Shown here: positions 39,290-52,719 of the stretch, one piece after another
Layout: each line of letters starts with the position of its first letter
Position numbering within the stretch: the first letter of the stretch is position 1
From: Octopus sinensis
Taxonomy: Eukaryota
DNA length: 64,000 nucleotides
Direction: 5' to 3'
Assembly: GCF_006345805.1 (NCBI RefSeq)
Contig: NC_042998.1
Span: 104,470,001 to 104,534,000 of the forward strand
Program-made: the position numbers and the translations under genes
Notes under the pieces: model-generated
Told to the model about the DNA's origin: nothing
Databases searched by the model: none
The model's input: the letters and a program-made list of their open reading frames with translations, nothing else

Positions 39290-39459
39290 CCTCTGTCTTC
39301 CCTTTTCTGGATATTTCCTTCTCCTATGTTTCCGACGAAGAGCTCCGCTCGAAACGTTAAACTCTCCTTCTTTCCTTCTTTCCTGAGCGTCCAATAATAC
39401 TATATTTGTCCCACGTCCTCGCGTTGTTGTGTTTTTTTTGTGCTTTCTTGTTTGGATTA

Positions 39460-39465
<6 letters not shown>
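39290..39465 (+). mobile_element. Family D-related Penelope-like fragment (second subfamily), ending in (TA)n
   Basis: GAAGAGC...GCTCGAAACGT and downstream TTCCTGAGCGT as in family D. Confidence 0.65.
39328..39362 (+). ncRNA. Minimal type I hammerhead-like motif (U4C core variant)
   Basis: GUUU-CCGACGA-A-GAGC(UCC)GCUC-GAA-ACGU-U-AAAC; stem I GUUU/AAAC is compensatory relative to the other copies. Confidence 0.6.
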
Positions 39466-39498
<33 letters not shown>

Positions 39499-39502
<4 letters not shown>

Positions 39503-39517
39503 ACATATATGTATTTA

Positions 39518-39548
<31 letters not shown>

Positions 39549-39642
39549 AAGAGTGAAAGAGAGAGAGAAAGTGAGGGGGAGAGAGAGTAAATGTGTATGT
39601 AAACACACGATTGCTAACATACATAAGTACGTATGTGTGTGT

Positions 39643-39677
<35 letters not shown>

Positions 39678-39694
39678 ATACATATATGTATTTT

Positions 39695-39725
<31 letters not shown>

Positions 39726-39834
39726 AAGAGTGAAAGAGAGAGAGAAAGTGAGGGGGAGAGAGAGTAAATGTGTATGTAAACACACGATTGCTAACATACA
39801 TAAGTACGTATGTGTGTGTATATATATATATATA
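39499..39834. repeat. 177-bp tandem duplication bounded by (TA)n
   Basis: Unique blocks recur at +177 (39548/39725, 39601/39778). Confidence 0.93.
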
Positions 39835-40501
39835 CGAGGAAGAATGAGAGAAGTTGTAGAACAATATCACCAAACAAAAGTCGTTGCACACAGTATTTGA
39901 AAGCGTATTTAAGTAGTGGTACAATCACAGTATAGAATATTACACTGAGTTTTCGATAAATTCTAGCAAAAATCCGTATTGAATTAAATCAAATCTATAC
40001 TATCACTTGGATTTCAAATAGTCACATATATCTCGACACCCGTTTCGACAATTCCACGCATCAAAGAAGTGGGTGAAACTCCCCTCATCATCATTAACTT
40101 ACTTTCTTGATACGTATAGCGTTTCAAATCGGCTCAGTGGTAGCATAAATTTGATTCAATTCAATACGAACTGCAAGGGAGGTAGATGAAAGTCTTCCTG
40201 GCAGCATCTGATGGGAATCTTTGAGACATTTCTACAGGACTGAGCTTTGTCAGTAATATGTAATCACAACCAAGCTCAAGCTAAGAAGTCTGTCGCCACA
40301 GATATAGGACGATTTTCGTCTGCCTGCGATCTATATTGCTTTTAAACCCAACACACACCAATGCGAGCGTGTGTGTGTGTCTGTGTAAAGGAATAAGTGT
40401 GTGTGTGAGCGTGCGTGTGTGTATATGTATGTATGCACTTACGTACGTACGTACGTATGTATGTATGTATGTATACATGTGTGTGTATGTATATAAATAG
40501 A

Positions 40502-40912
40502 GTAGGTGTGGCCATATGGTAAGAGGCTTGATTCATAACCATATGGTTCTGGGTTCAGTACTACTGCGTGGCACCTTGGGCAAGTGTCGTCTATTATAGC
40601 GTCAGAAAAACCAAAGCCTTGTGACAGGAAATGAAAGAAGCTCGTTGTATATGCATTTATGTATGTATATGTGTATGTGTATGTGTATGTGTGTGTGTGT
40701 ATGTGCTCCACTAGTGCTTTGACAACCGGTGTTGTTATGTATACATCCCCGTAAACTAGCGGTTCGGCAAAAGGGCCGATAGAATAAATACTAGACTTCA
40801 GAAACAAAAGTAATTAATGGAGTCGATACGCTCGACTAAGATATTTTCAAGACGGTGCTCCAGAATGACCACAGTCTAAATTACTGAAACAAGTAAAAGG
40901 AATGATAAAAGA
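40502..40912 (+). mobile_element. SINE family A, diverged
   Basis: GTGGCACCTTGGGCAAGTG core and family tail. Confidence 0.85.
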
Positions 40913-42033
40913 AATGATGCATAAACATTTTGAATGGATATAACAACATCTACTAGAACGCGGTGTCACCTTGTCGGCTGGTGACCCTTTCTTAGAAATT
41001 CCTTGTTTTCAATGAACTTCATTTCATTTCAATGGATATTTTTCTTCTACATTTGAAATGGAAGGTACACCTTTTTGCCTAGCCAATAATGATGTTATTA
41101 TGAGTTTTCTTGTAAATTTGGAATGGAATGTTTCTATGACGTTACCAACCACGAAAAGCGTACGAGTTCGACTGACCTGCTATTACTGGCAACCAAATTT
41201 CTCTAAATCTCACTGTGATTTCTTAAAAATATGCAGCTTATATCGGATCTTTGGCAACCATGATGCTCCAGAAATACGAGATGAGTTGATCCGGTCTGCC
41301 ACTCCCGTAGAACAATGTACATTTGACGCAGAAACAACAAAGCATTGGAACAATAAACAGAACAGAGTTTGAACCTATGTATCAGAAATCTGAATTATCA
41401 GAGTTAACTTAGTAGTTGACATGTGCTGAACAACTATTAAATAACAAAAGTAGCAACAGTAACCATTTTCCATTGGTTGGTAATGCTATGACGTAAACCC
41501 AAATCTTTTTTTAGAGTGTGTATCCATATTTACTTGTTCCCCTACTCTAGCGTTCTCTTATTCATTATTCATTTCTAATACGGCTTTAAAAGAAGATTTT
41601 TATTTAAAAAAATCTATTTTGTATGTCTGCTTAGATACAGCTTATTGCAGAGCATTAAAACAATGCGAAAGTAATTTAAGTACATAAGAAGAAAAATAAA
41701 ATTGATTCTAGTGATTAGACGAGCTTGAAAATGCTTAAAGCAAATGTTGTTTACCCAAGCACCTGCACCCTGGGGCAGATCTCTTTTTCTATATTGTCGT
41801 TTGTACGAAACATGCGTTACGTTACTCTAATCTGGCTTAGAAAACACTCCTTTTTCATTAATATGTCTAGCAAACGGCTTCATATTCCCATACAGCTGAA
41901 TACATACAAAGCAGAAATAGAAATCTGTGAAATGTCACTTTCATCCACACCGCACCTCAAAAACTCCAGTCTATGATATGTAATTCCCGCTCGGTCGCTC
42001 ACTCACTCACTCATGCACTCATATTTTCTTGCC

Positions 42034-42086
<53 letters not shown>

Positions 42087-42125
42087 TCTCCAGCTGGATA
42101 CAACCACCAACAAAATACACATATA

Positions 42126-42354
42126 CAGTAATCCCTCGCCATATCGCGGTTCACCTATCGCGGTTTATTATTTAAGCTTGCATCGATTCCTCCGTGGTGT
42201 TGCTTTGCATTTATGATGAAATAAATATATACAAATAATAAAAATAATAATAAAAATATACAGGTCAGTACTGTTTCTATTTCGCGAATTTTTACCTTTC
42301 GAGTGGGGCGGGGAGGGTTGGAAAGTAACACCCACGATAATTGAGAGAGTACTG
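42126..42354. mobile_element. pogo/Tigger-like MITE
   Basis: TA|CAGTAATCCCTCGCCATATCGCGG left end; CCCACGATAATTGAGAGAGTACTG right end. Confidence 0.65.
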
Positions 42355-42548
42355 TGTTTGTTTATCTGCTTTCAGCCCTTCTAAAAAGGCACACACTCCA
42401 AGCTCTATCGCTTTTTTTTTATCTATGCACTTATGTCCCTAAAATAGACAGAATCAAGCAAACGCATATACACATATAACGTTGATATAACATGACATTT
42501 TCTTCATAGTACATGCTTGTATTTCTTAATAGTGGACTTATTCATGAG

Positions 42549-42585
<37 letters not shown>

Positions 42586-42766
42586 ACAACTGCAGTCACT
42601 TATGCGCATGCATACAAACATGCATATGTATGTATATATATATATACACACACATGCGCACACACATTTTATAAGTACATATGTATTTACACAATCAAAT
42701 ATTTGTTTTTATTATGAGTGTCGAAATGTGTATTGTAAGATACAAACAAGAAGATGACAGTTTTTC

Positions 42767-42920
42767 GAACGCAGTACTGCCGTTAGAACAGCAGAAAAAG
42801 TGGGTAAATTACCCTTTGAAGGATGTGGGTTCGAGTCCCATGGCTGTTTGTTGAAAATTTTTCCGCTATTTACCCACTATATCCCACTATTTCCGCTGTT
42901 CTAAAGGCATTACTGCGTTC
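42767..42920. repeat. 154-bp foldback element with 38-bp arms and an internal Pol III B-box
   Basis: Arms 42767-42804 and 42883-42920 (4 mismatches); GGTTCGAGTCC at 42828-42838. Confidence 0.75.
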
Positions 42921-43242
42921 CCCAAAAATATCTTCATGCTTGTATTGAACAATATATATATATTATATATATATATATATATAATATATATATATATACA
43001 TATATAATAACAAATTAATAAATAAAACATATGCATATATACATACATATATGTACATATACATGCATATATGGGTACAGGACACCAAAAAAAACGTAGA
43101 ACACATGAGAAACGAAAACATAAAAACAAAAACAGGGAAACGGACCTCTTCAAACAACTATAAAATAGAGTACAAGACAACAACACAAGGAATATTCCCC
43201 TTCTGCAGCTGCCCCTGTTTCGACTACTCCGTGTTTCGAAGG

Positions 43243-43490
<248 letters not shown>

Positions 43491-43675
43491 TCTGTCGAGA
43501 GGAATCCTTTGGGGTATGAATAATTCACCTCTGGAAAAATAGGGGTTTCGTTCAACATCCTTGAACAACCCTCATTCAGGGACCTTTTGAACGGGATGAG
43601 GTACTGTCCTTGCAAAAAAAGGTGAAATCAGTGGTATCGGGAAGATGCTGGGCAAGAAAGGGAAACAAAATCGAA

Positions 43676-43741
43676 ATAATAATAATAATAATAATGATGA
43701 TGATGATGATGATGATAATAGTAGTAGTAATAGTAGTTGTA

Positions 43742-43819
<78 letters not shown>

Positions 43820-43830
43820 ATAATAATAAT

Positions 43831-43861
<31 letters not shown>

Positions 43862-43897
43862 GTAATAATAATAATAATAATAATGATAATAATAATA
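43676..43897. repeat. Compound (AAT)-(GAT)-(AGT)-(AAT) microsatellite
   Basis: Read directly. Confidence 0.95.
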
Positions 43898-43974
43898 TTT
43901 CTGTGTCTTCAGCTGCTGACAGGTCAGAATAGCGAAGAACACGTTCAGCCGCTGTCACGCCCAACCGTGTAATT

Positions 43975-44110
43975 TTCTACCGGATTGCTTTTTTCGATGT
44001 TTTTCACGCACAGCACTATCTTGCCCTATGCCAACCACTCTGATGTTACTTGGTCGGCATTTAACAAGGTGTTGAGTTGCGCAGCTATTTGTGCATGACA
44101 TTCACCAAAT
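43975..44110 (-). pseudogene. R4/Dong-like RT N-terminal fragment, inverted relative to the adjacent copy
   Basis: ECHAQIAAQLNTLLNADQVTSEWLA*GKIVLCVKNIEKSNPVENY resembles the segment preceding YRPI in RLE-type RTs. Confidence 0.55.
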
Positions 44111-44134
44111 AGATAGATAAATGGATAGATTGAT

Positions 44135-45120
44135 GGAGAAAGAAATGACAGAAAAATTTAAGGTAGAGTACTTGCGCAGACTGAGACTGATCCTTAACTC
44201 GTAATTAAACGGACGGAATAAGATTGAGGCTATCAACACCCGGGCGGTTTCACTGCTTAGATATGGAGCAGAGGTAATCGCATGGACAGTATACGAATTA
44301 AATAGCTTAGACAGAAAGACAAGGAAGTTGCTAACTAGATATGAGTCACTCCACCCAAAATGTAATACAGACAGACTATATGTACCAAGAAAAAGAGGGG
44401 GAAGAGGACTTATTGGATGCGAACACAGCATTAGAGCAGAGGAAAACAACATAGGTTAGTATGTAAAAATTCTACAGAACCGCTATTATTAGAAGTAAGA
44501 AGGTCAGGCTTGTGTAGGATGAAAGATTGCAAAGATAAAGCATTGTACAAGAAATTGAAAACGAATGAAATTGAAAATAGGTGAGGAAAGAAAAGAATGC
44601 ATGGATAATTTCATACGAATGTTAAAGATAAGACAGACAGAGTAAAAGATGGCTGTGGATGACTAAAAGTGATTTAAAACCGGAAACGGAGGCTCTAATT
44701 TGTGCTGCCCAAGAGCAAGCACTAAGAACAAACTAAATAAAATACAGATTAGACAAAACATCAGAAGATAAGTGCAGAATCTGTGGACAAAATGGTGAAA
44801 CCGTATGGCATATTACCAGCCAATGTAGGAATATAAGAGACGCCACGACAATATAACCAGGTTTGTCCATTGAACGCTTTGCAACAAATATGGTCTTGAT
44901 AGGAAAAAAAAATTGGTACGACCATAAAACCGAAAGCATCATCGAAAATGATAATGCAAACACCCCGTGGGATTTTATGATTCAGTGTGACTATGAGATA
45001 GAAAATAGGAAGTCAGACATAGTCTATATTGAGAAAGAAAATAATCTACTCTGGATCATAGATATAGCATGCTCAGCTGACAACAAGGTATGCGATAAGG
45101 ACGAAAGAAACGTAGATAGG
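44135..45120 (+). pseudogene. R4/Dong-clade LINE, different family from the (ACAT)n-associated copies
   Basis: EYLRRLRLILNS*LNGRNKIEAIN, LHPKCNTDRLYVPRKRGGRGL, DLKPETEALICAAQEQAL, CRICGQNGETVWHITSQC, WDFMIQCDYEIENRKSDIV. Confidence 0.92.
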
Positions 45121-45612
45121 TGTCTGTGTGCCTTAGGTATGTGCTGTGATTTGTTGTGATACTCTTATTGTTACTGTATTGAAAGTGTTTTACGTAGGAT
45201 GTGTGCAGTGCCTAGTAATGCTATTTTCTGTATGTTATATATATTTGCTAGTCCTGTTGTTTTTGTTATGTATTTGTCTGAACTTTTTTTATCATACCTA
45301 ATGCGCCCACTATGAGAGGAATTTTTTCTGTTTTTAGACTCCATATTTCTATTTCCAGGTCGTTGTATTTTGAAAGTTTCTCCATTTCTTATAGAGAAAC
45401 TTTGTCAACTCTTGGTATTGATACATCAATTAGAAAACTCTTTTTTCTTCTTCATGATCTCTGACAACTATATCTGGCCTATTGGCCATAATTTTTCTAT
45501 CTGTGTGTATTAGCATATAACATAGTATTGTTGCTTTCTCATTTTCTGTGACCTTTTCTGGCGTGTGCCTGTACCATCTTTTTTCTGTTGTCATTCCATA
45601 GTGTTGGCATAC

Positions 45613-45675
<63 letters not shown>

Positions 45676-45711
45676 ATCATCATATCATCATCATCATCAT
45701 ATTATATATTA

Positions 45712-45759
<48 letters not shown>

Positions 45760-46160
45760 TATTATTATTACTATTAACAAATCAAGAACAACACACATAC
45801 AACATTCAGTAATTTGTTAGGAAAATGTCATCTGCCAGGTTCCTCTATTTATTAGAAACGCGAACTTTTTTAAACATAATTGTATATATACATATTTATT
45901 TGATGGACACCTATTTTAAAGTAAAATTAGTGGCATCTAGAAAATGCTGCGCATGACATTATACATATATTATAACCATCCATCCATCCGGTACATAAAT
46001 ATATACAATATATGTATATACATTATATATATATGTACATATATAGATATATATGGTTATCCGTAATAATGAAGCGGTGAAATTAATTAATTTGGATAAT
46101 TATCAATTACACCAAGTAGTCTTCGGCACGTTAAAAGCTCATTCGAGAAAATTTAAGTAA

Positions 46161-46313
46161 TACTAAGCATAAAGGTTTAGCAACGATTGCCTTACACATA
46201 CCGAATTTAGAAATAGCAGTCAAAGAGTTATAGTTAGCTATAACTCTTTGACTGCTATTTCTAAATTCGGTATGTGGTAAGGCATTCGTTGCTAAACCCT
46301 TTATTGCTTAGTA
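46161..46313. repeat. 153-bp near-perfect palindrome
   Basis: Arms 46161-46233 and 46238-46313; 4-nt loop TTAG. Confidence 0.95.
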
Positions 46314-46403
46314 TTATATATATATATGTATATATATAATATATATATGTATGCATATACTCATATATATATATACATAAACATGCAGACACAAATATAT
46401 ATA

Positions 46404-46434
<31 letters not shown>

Positions 46435-46612
46435 AACTTATATAGACTCCAAGCCGTGGTTCAATGTTTTATCGAAAAAGCCCTAGCGTTTTTTATCCTG
46501 AAATTTCAAAATTGCAGTCCGTCTTTATAAAATATCTGCACACGCACGCATCTCCACAAACACACACACACACGCACACACGTGTATATATATATATAAA
46601 TATCTATATCTA

Positions 46613-46664
<52 letters not shown>

Positions 46665-46665
46665 G

Positions 46666-46742
<77 letters not shown>

Positions 46743-46749
46743 TATATAT

Positions 46750-46805
<56 letters not shown>

Positions 46806-46875
46806 GACATAGATTTGCATATGTATAGGTTGATAGATTGTTATATAGATATAGATATCTATATCATATCTGCGT

Positions 46876-46951
<76 letters not shown>

Positions 46952-47803
46952 ATTTATATACATATATGTGTGTGTATGTATATATATATATATATATATA
47001 TAGATATATATATATCTATTACACACACACACACATATGCATAGTAGTTTTTGTGCTCGCGTATGTGTGTGTGAAATTTTCTACTCTTACGCACACACAC
47101 ACACGTACACAAATCGAATTATATGACTTTGTCTGTGATCCATTCCACCGGCTGCATCTAGACCATGTTTTCTCATGTGTGCTATGTCAGTCATCGTCAG
47201 AGTAAAATGGCAGTTGACAAATGTTTGAATGACTCATTTTATAACGAGGAAAATTGCATGAAATCTCTTACGCATGAAATACTTTTGAACATTGGCGACA
47301 ACCTATAATTACCTCCCCTGAAATACTTCTCATCGTACATTCCTACACTCCTCATACCCATGATCACTCACTGTCACTTTTATTCCTTACAGCTACCCAC
47401 CCACCACTGCCATCACTTTGCTTTAGCTTTCTCTTTTATATCTCATTTTCTTTTACATTCATTGTAGCTAGTCGTGGCTATGTTGGATCTTCACTAACAT
47501 CAGACTCGTTTCCTGGACATTCATCTTGCTAATTCAGTGTAAAAAAAATAACGTAACAAAACAAAGAAAAACATTCTTATTGGCCTGGTTTATGAATAGG
47601 TCAAGGATCTCGGATAAATGTTAGGCTTAAAGAAGCTCAGCTGGGAACTATTCTGCTGCAGGTTCGATCTCAACCTACGGTACCTGGTGCATGTAGGTTC
47701 TGCAGTAGTTTTGAGTAGGGCAATGCAGTGTGAATGGAATTTATAAGACAAAATACTATGCGAAGGACCATTTTACACACATACACATACACTGACTCAC
47801 GCG

Positions 47804-47861
<58 letters not shown>

Positions 47862-47866
47862 TATAT

Positions 47867-47897
<31 letters not shown>

Positions 47898-48554
47898 GTA
47901 TGTATGCACAAAAATGTATCTATCTATATATATATAATTGTATAGATAGATAGATAGATAGATAGATAGACAGATAAAAATTACATAAACACTACGACTA
48001 AGATTACGAGGAAAAGGAGAGTCAAAGAAAATAATACACAGATTCAGACACGATGCTGAAAAAGTATAGAAATAAGAAGCCAAAATAATAAAGTGAAATA
48101 ACATAAATTATAATTATAATATTCACTGAAAAAAATATACTCAAATGAAAGTAAAAGTAAATATTCTAAAGTTTCGGGAGATACAATTTATTAAAGAGGA
48201 GGAAAAGCATTAAGAGAGACAAGAGAAAGAAAAATAAGTACGATACAAAAATTAAGACGTCTGCTCACATTGGAAGGTCTAGAGTAAAAACATACAGGAA
48301 CACTAACACATACTCATGCGCAAAAGTACACATACATAAATCAATAAATATGTCAAGCAATTTGAACATGCTGAATTTCTAGGATTTATAAGTGTGGGAC
48401 ATATTCTTTCCAACTTTAGAATATATTTTGTTCTGTAGAAAAAAAAACAACTACAACAAAAACGAAGTAGACGGCGAGCTTGACAGAAATACTTTTCGGA
48501 TAACATACTTTGCAGAATTTTTTTTTTTTTGTTCTCTATAATGTAAGTTAAAAT

Positions 48555-48675
48555 ACCACCGAGGTCAGCTGTGCATTTCATTCTTTCGGGCCAAATATAT
48601 AAAGTCAAATATTAGCGACGATATAGTCGACTTGCTTCTCTCGCCTTAAAGTTGCTGGTCTTGTGCCAAAATTTA
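48555..48675 (+). mobile_element. Old SINE family B remnant
   Basis: CCGAGGTCAGCTGTGCATTTCATTCTTTCGGG and CTTGTGCC tail. Confidence 0.5.
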
Positions 48676-48836
48676 AAGCAATATAAAAGACTAAATATTA
48701 GGTGTAATATATAATTCGAAACATATGTGGTTCAATCAGCCTGCCATGATTACATACATACATAACATACATACATGCATACATGCATACATTTGTACAT
48801 AGCTGTAAGCATGTGCCGTGTTGATGCATGTGTATA

Positions 48837-48882
<46 letters not shown>

Positions 48883-49429
48883 TTATATATATATATATAT
48901 ATAATGTGTGTGTGTGTGTGTGTGTGTGTGTTGTGTGGGTGTGTGTGGATGTACAAATTCAGGAACGGGTATTAGCTCGTATCTGAGACATAAGGCCATC
49001 ACCCGTTGCCTTTCTCGTTGTGAGCGGTTTTGAGGTGACATCATGCAGTGTCGGAGTGAATCACTAGTTTCGCAAAGTACACTAGTTTCAAATGGAAAAC
49101 ATTGATTTTATTTCTGTTGTTATATATATATTATAGTGGCATAAATAGATCTACGTTTTGGATTTGAAATATTTACTGTAGAAACTGTTCAGTAATGGAC
49201 GATTGACTAACCAAATTACATTGCATTAATAATCACGGATTCACTTTACATATTGTATTGAATTGTCTTTGAGGTCTGTCTATGTTACCACTTGCTAATG
49301 AACATTACAATATACATAAATACGCACTTACACATATACATATGCATGTTTGTATTTAACATTATATATTACCCTTATACAAAGTATGATGTATATGTAT
49401 ATATAAGTACGTATATATGCATATATAAT

Positions 49430-49572
49430 CCGAGGTCGACTTTGCCTTTCATTCTTTCGGGGTCGATAAATAAAGTACCAGTTTCGCACTGGGGTCAATG
49501 TAATCGACTTAATCCCTTTGTCTGTCCTTGTTTGTCCCCTCTGTGTTTAGCCCCTTGCGGGTAGTAAAGAAA
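49430..49572 (+). mobile_element. 5'-truncated SINE family B with a 17-bp TSD
   Basis: TATATATGCATATATAA at 49412-49428 and 49573-49589. Confidence 0.88.
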
Positions 49573-50428
49573 TATATATGCATATATAAGTACGTATATT
49601 ATATATTAGACATGGATAAATATATATAAATGTATAGTACATATAAATATATATATAACTGTGTTGGTATACATACATACCTATCAATACATACATACAT
49701 ACATTTATATATTTTCCTCATTATTGCGAGATGTTAGTGAGATGAGAGAAGCACGAAATGGAAAGAGCAATTTTCTGACAGTTCTTATATCTCATTGTGT
49801 GTTCAAGTCCTGATGGGAGTGATTTTACTGTTGCATATCATGCAGTGTGTGCATACATTTGAGTGTACAAATGGAGAAAGAGAATATACTAGTGGCTGAT
49901 AGCTCACTTCGTCGTTGCTTTGAGTTTAATTCATATGTAGCATACCTCCTTCAATAGCGAACTTGATTATCTAACGTTGATTATATCGGACATTGGTACA
50001 TGCAGATAATTTCGTATTTATCGATTTAGAAACGACAAAAGGGAAAGTATCCGTGAGTGAAATTTAAACCCAGATTGAGAGGGACGTAACCAAATACTAC
50101 GCTGAGGTAAGCCAGGTAAGAACATGGGATTATATATTCTACAGTTTAATGTGTCAGGTAATTTAAGCGAATTATGTGACATTTGCAGTGATGCAATAAT
50201 CCCCATGACAAGTGAATTCGCCTAGATATTAACTTCCCTGACGTCATCGTACGTAAAGATGCAGCATCGTAATATGTCTCAGTATGAATATATGTAAGTA
50301 TGTACATATAGGTGTAAGTATTTATGTATGTACGTATCCGTCTATTCCAACCGCTGGATACGTCCTCCGCACATAAGCAGGTACGCATTATCTACATCGG
50401 CAATTGCATTGACACATATATGTACATA

Positions 50429-50472
<44 letters not shown>

Positions 50473-50624
50473 TACACGCACGCACGCACACGTACACACA
50501 GAAAGGGATACACATATTTTCTCTGTGTGTGATGTTGTGTATGCATACACGTACATATATACTTTGATACTTTGATAGGTTTCGGCCATTATTGGCCCAG
50601 GGCCATGTAAACTTATAGCACCAT

Positions 50625-50666
<42 letters not shown>

Positions 50667-50675
50667 TACATACAT

Positions 50676-50833
50676 ATTCTTTTCTACTCTAGGCACAAGG
50701 CCCGAATTTTTTTTTTGTGGTGGGGTGGACCAGTCGATTTGATCGATCCTCCAGTACGCAACTGGTACTTAATTCATCAACTCCGAAAGGATGAAAGGCA
50801 AAGTCGACCTTGACGGAATTTGAACTCAGAACG
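50676..50833 (-). mobile_element. SINE family B, 3' portion
   Basis: Matches the 27461 copy. Confidence 0.85.
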
Positions 50834-51377
50834 CATATATACATATTATATAAATATATACATTATTTACATTGACGAATATATACTTGTATATACGATG
50901 ACTATCATCATATGTATATATGTGAATATATATATATATATATATAATATATATATATATAATATATATGCATGTATGTAAGTGTGTATGTATGTGGGTG
51001 TGTGTATGTATATATATCTATTCTATATCTCTCTATCTATTTATATATGTGTGTGCGTGTTTGTGTCTGCGTGCGCGCGCGTGTGTGATGGTAGTCACTT
51101 GTAAGCCGAGGAAGACGTTTCACAATTTCTTGTTGAACAACCTGCAAAAATGGTTGGCTTTTTGTAACGAATCTGCTGTACATTAGATTACTCTCTCCCT
51201 CAAATTGACGTTGTCTGAACAAGTGCACGGTGTACCACTGGTCAACTGTCGAAGTGGTCGCAGAGCAACGCGAGATGAAGTGTTCTGTTCAAGAACACAA
51301 ATCAAGACCTGGTCCAGGAAATGAAACTCAGATCACTCGATCGCGAATGCAACACCGCAACTACTAGGTAATCTATC

Positions 51378-51495
<118 letters not shown>

Positions 51496-51503
51496 ATATA
51501 TAT

Positions 51504-51544
<41 letters not shown>

Positions 51545-51550
<6 letters not shown>

Positions 51551-52169
51551 CAAAAGGGGCAGGCCACAGGTTGCTTAGCCACATACCGAAAAATTAGAAA
51601 TAGCAGTCAAAGACAGTTTATTTCTATTTTCTACAATTAAGACTCCACATACAACATATCCATGTAATTCACATAAGTAAAACATATGTAAATCAATAAT
51701 TATTTACCCTTATATTATTAATAATGGAATTTTTCACTCCCTTATGACAATCCATAGTTCTATTTCTAAGGAACTATTTTTGTGACGCACATGGTAAAAT
51801 TTTGGAGGATAAGTACGAATTCATTCGTCTATATGGATTTGGCCTATGCTAAGCTATCTTCTGCTATTCCGAATACGCTGGCTCGGGAAGCGGAGGGTAT
51901 ATATAGCATTTGAGAAATCTATCTGAGTGGAGTGTTACGTTGAGAAAGGAAATGAATTGACTTATAATTCTAATCCAGAAACGTGTCCGTAACTAACCCA
52001 TAGACTTTGTTTTCGTTATTTTTTCCTTCTGTTTTACAAATGTGAATTACATGGATATGTTGTATGTGGCGTCTTATTTGTAGAAAATAGAAATAAACAG
52101 TCTTTGACTGCTATTTCTAATTTTTCGATATGTGGCTAAGCAACATGTTGCCTGCCCCTTTTGATTTAT
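51545..52169. repeat. 625-bp element with 129-bp inverted arms
   Basis: Arms 51545-51673 and 52041-52169, 6 mismatches; the arm shares CACATACCGAA...AGAAATAGCAGTCAAAGA with the 46161 palindrome. Confidence 0.92.
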
Positions 52170-52370
52170 TTATATATTATATATATATAGAACTTTTTTT
52201 AAAAAAAGTTCCTACCGATAATGGTTATATTTACATACCGAAATCTACCCGAAAATAATTGTTTTTTTTTATTAAGTCAATAATTATTTAATCTTATATA
52301 TATATGTATAGCATATTTTTTTGTATCCTTCGTCGCCACTGTTGTAATCATTAATGTGAGATTGTTATAA

Positions 52371-52488
52371 TCTTTTCTGCTTTAGGCACAAGGCCCGAAA
52401 GTTTGGGGGATGAGGCCAGTCGATTAGATCGCCCCCTGTACGCAACTGGTACTTAATTTATCGACCTCGTAAGGAGGAAAGGCAAAGT
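52371..52488 (-). mobile_element. SINE family B, 3' portion
   Basis: Matches the 27461 copy. Confidence 0.85.
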
Positions 52489-52719
52489 AGTGTTAGTAAG
52501 ACATGTAAGACCACGGCTATCTATGACCGTCGACTTCGTACTCTCTCCCTATACTGAGCGCCGTTACCTTATAGTGACTAACCCATACCGCTCGTCACGT
52601 GGGAAGGGTGTACCATTATCACTATTATTCCCACAGTACCTCCCCTTTTAAGATTTTCTTTTTTTCTTAGGGAGTACATTTTTATTTATTTTAATAGTAA
52701 TAACTTTTACATTACCCCA

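Noticed and set aside
41058-41372. 104-aa ORF in unique sequence
   Set aside because: No recognisable motif or convincing splice signals; the length is compatible with chance.
50576-50615. Hammerhead-like GGCC-loop-GGCC-GAAAC on the minus strand
   Set aside because: The CUGANGA strand is missing; at best a decayed remnant.
52190-52211. Perfect 22-bp palindrome GAAC(T)7(A)7GTTC
   Set aside because: It is mostly homopolymer and likely in AT-rich DNA.
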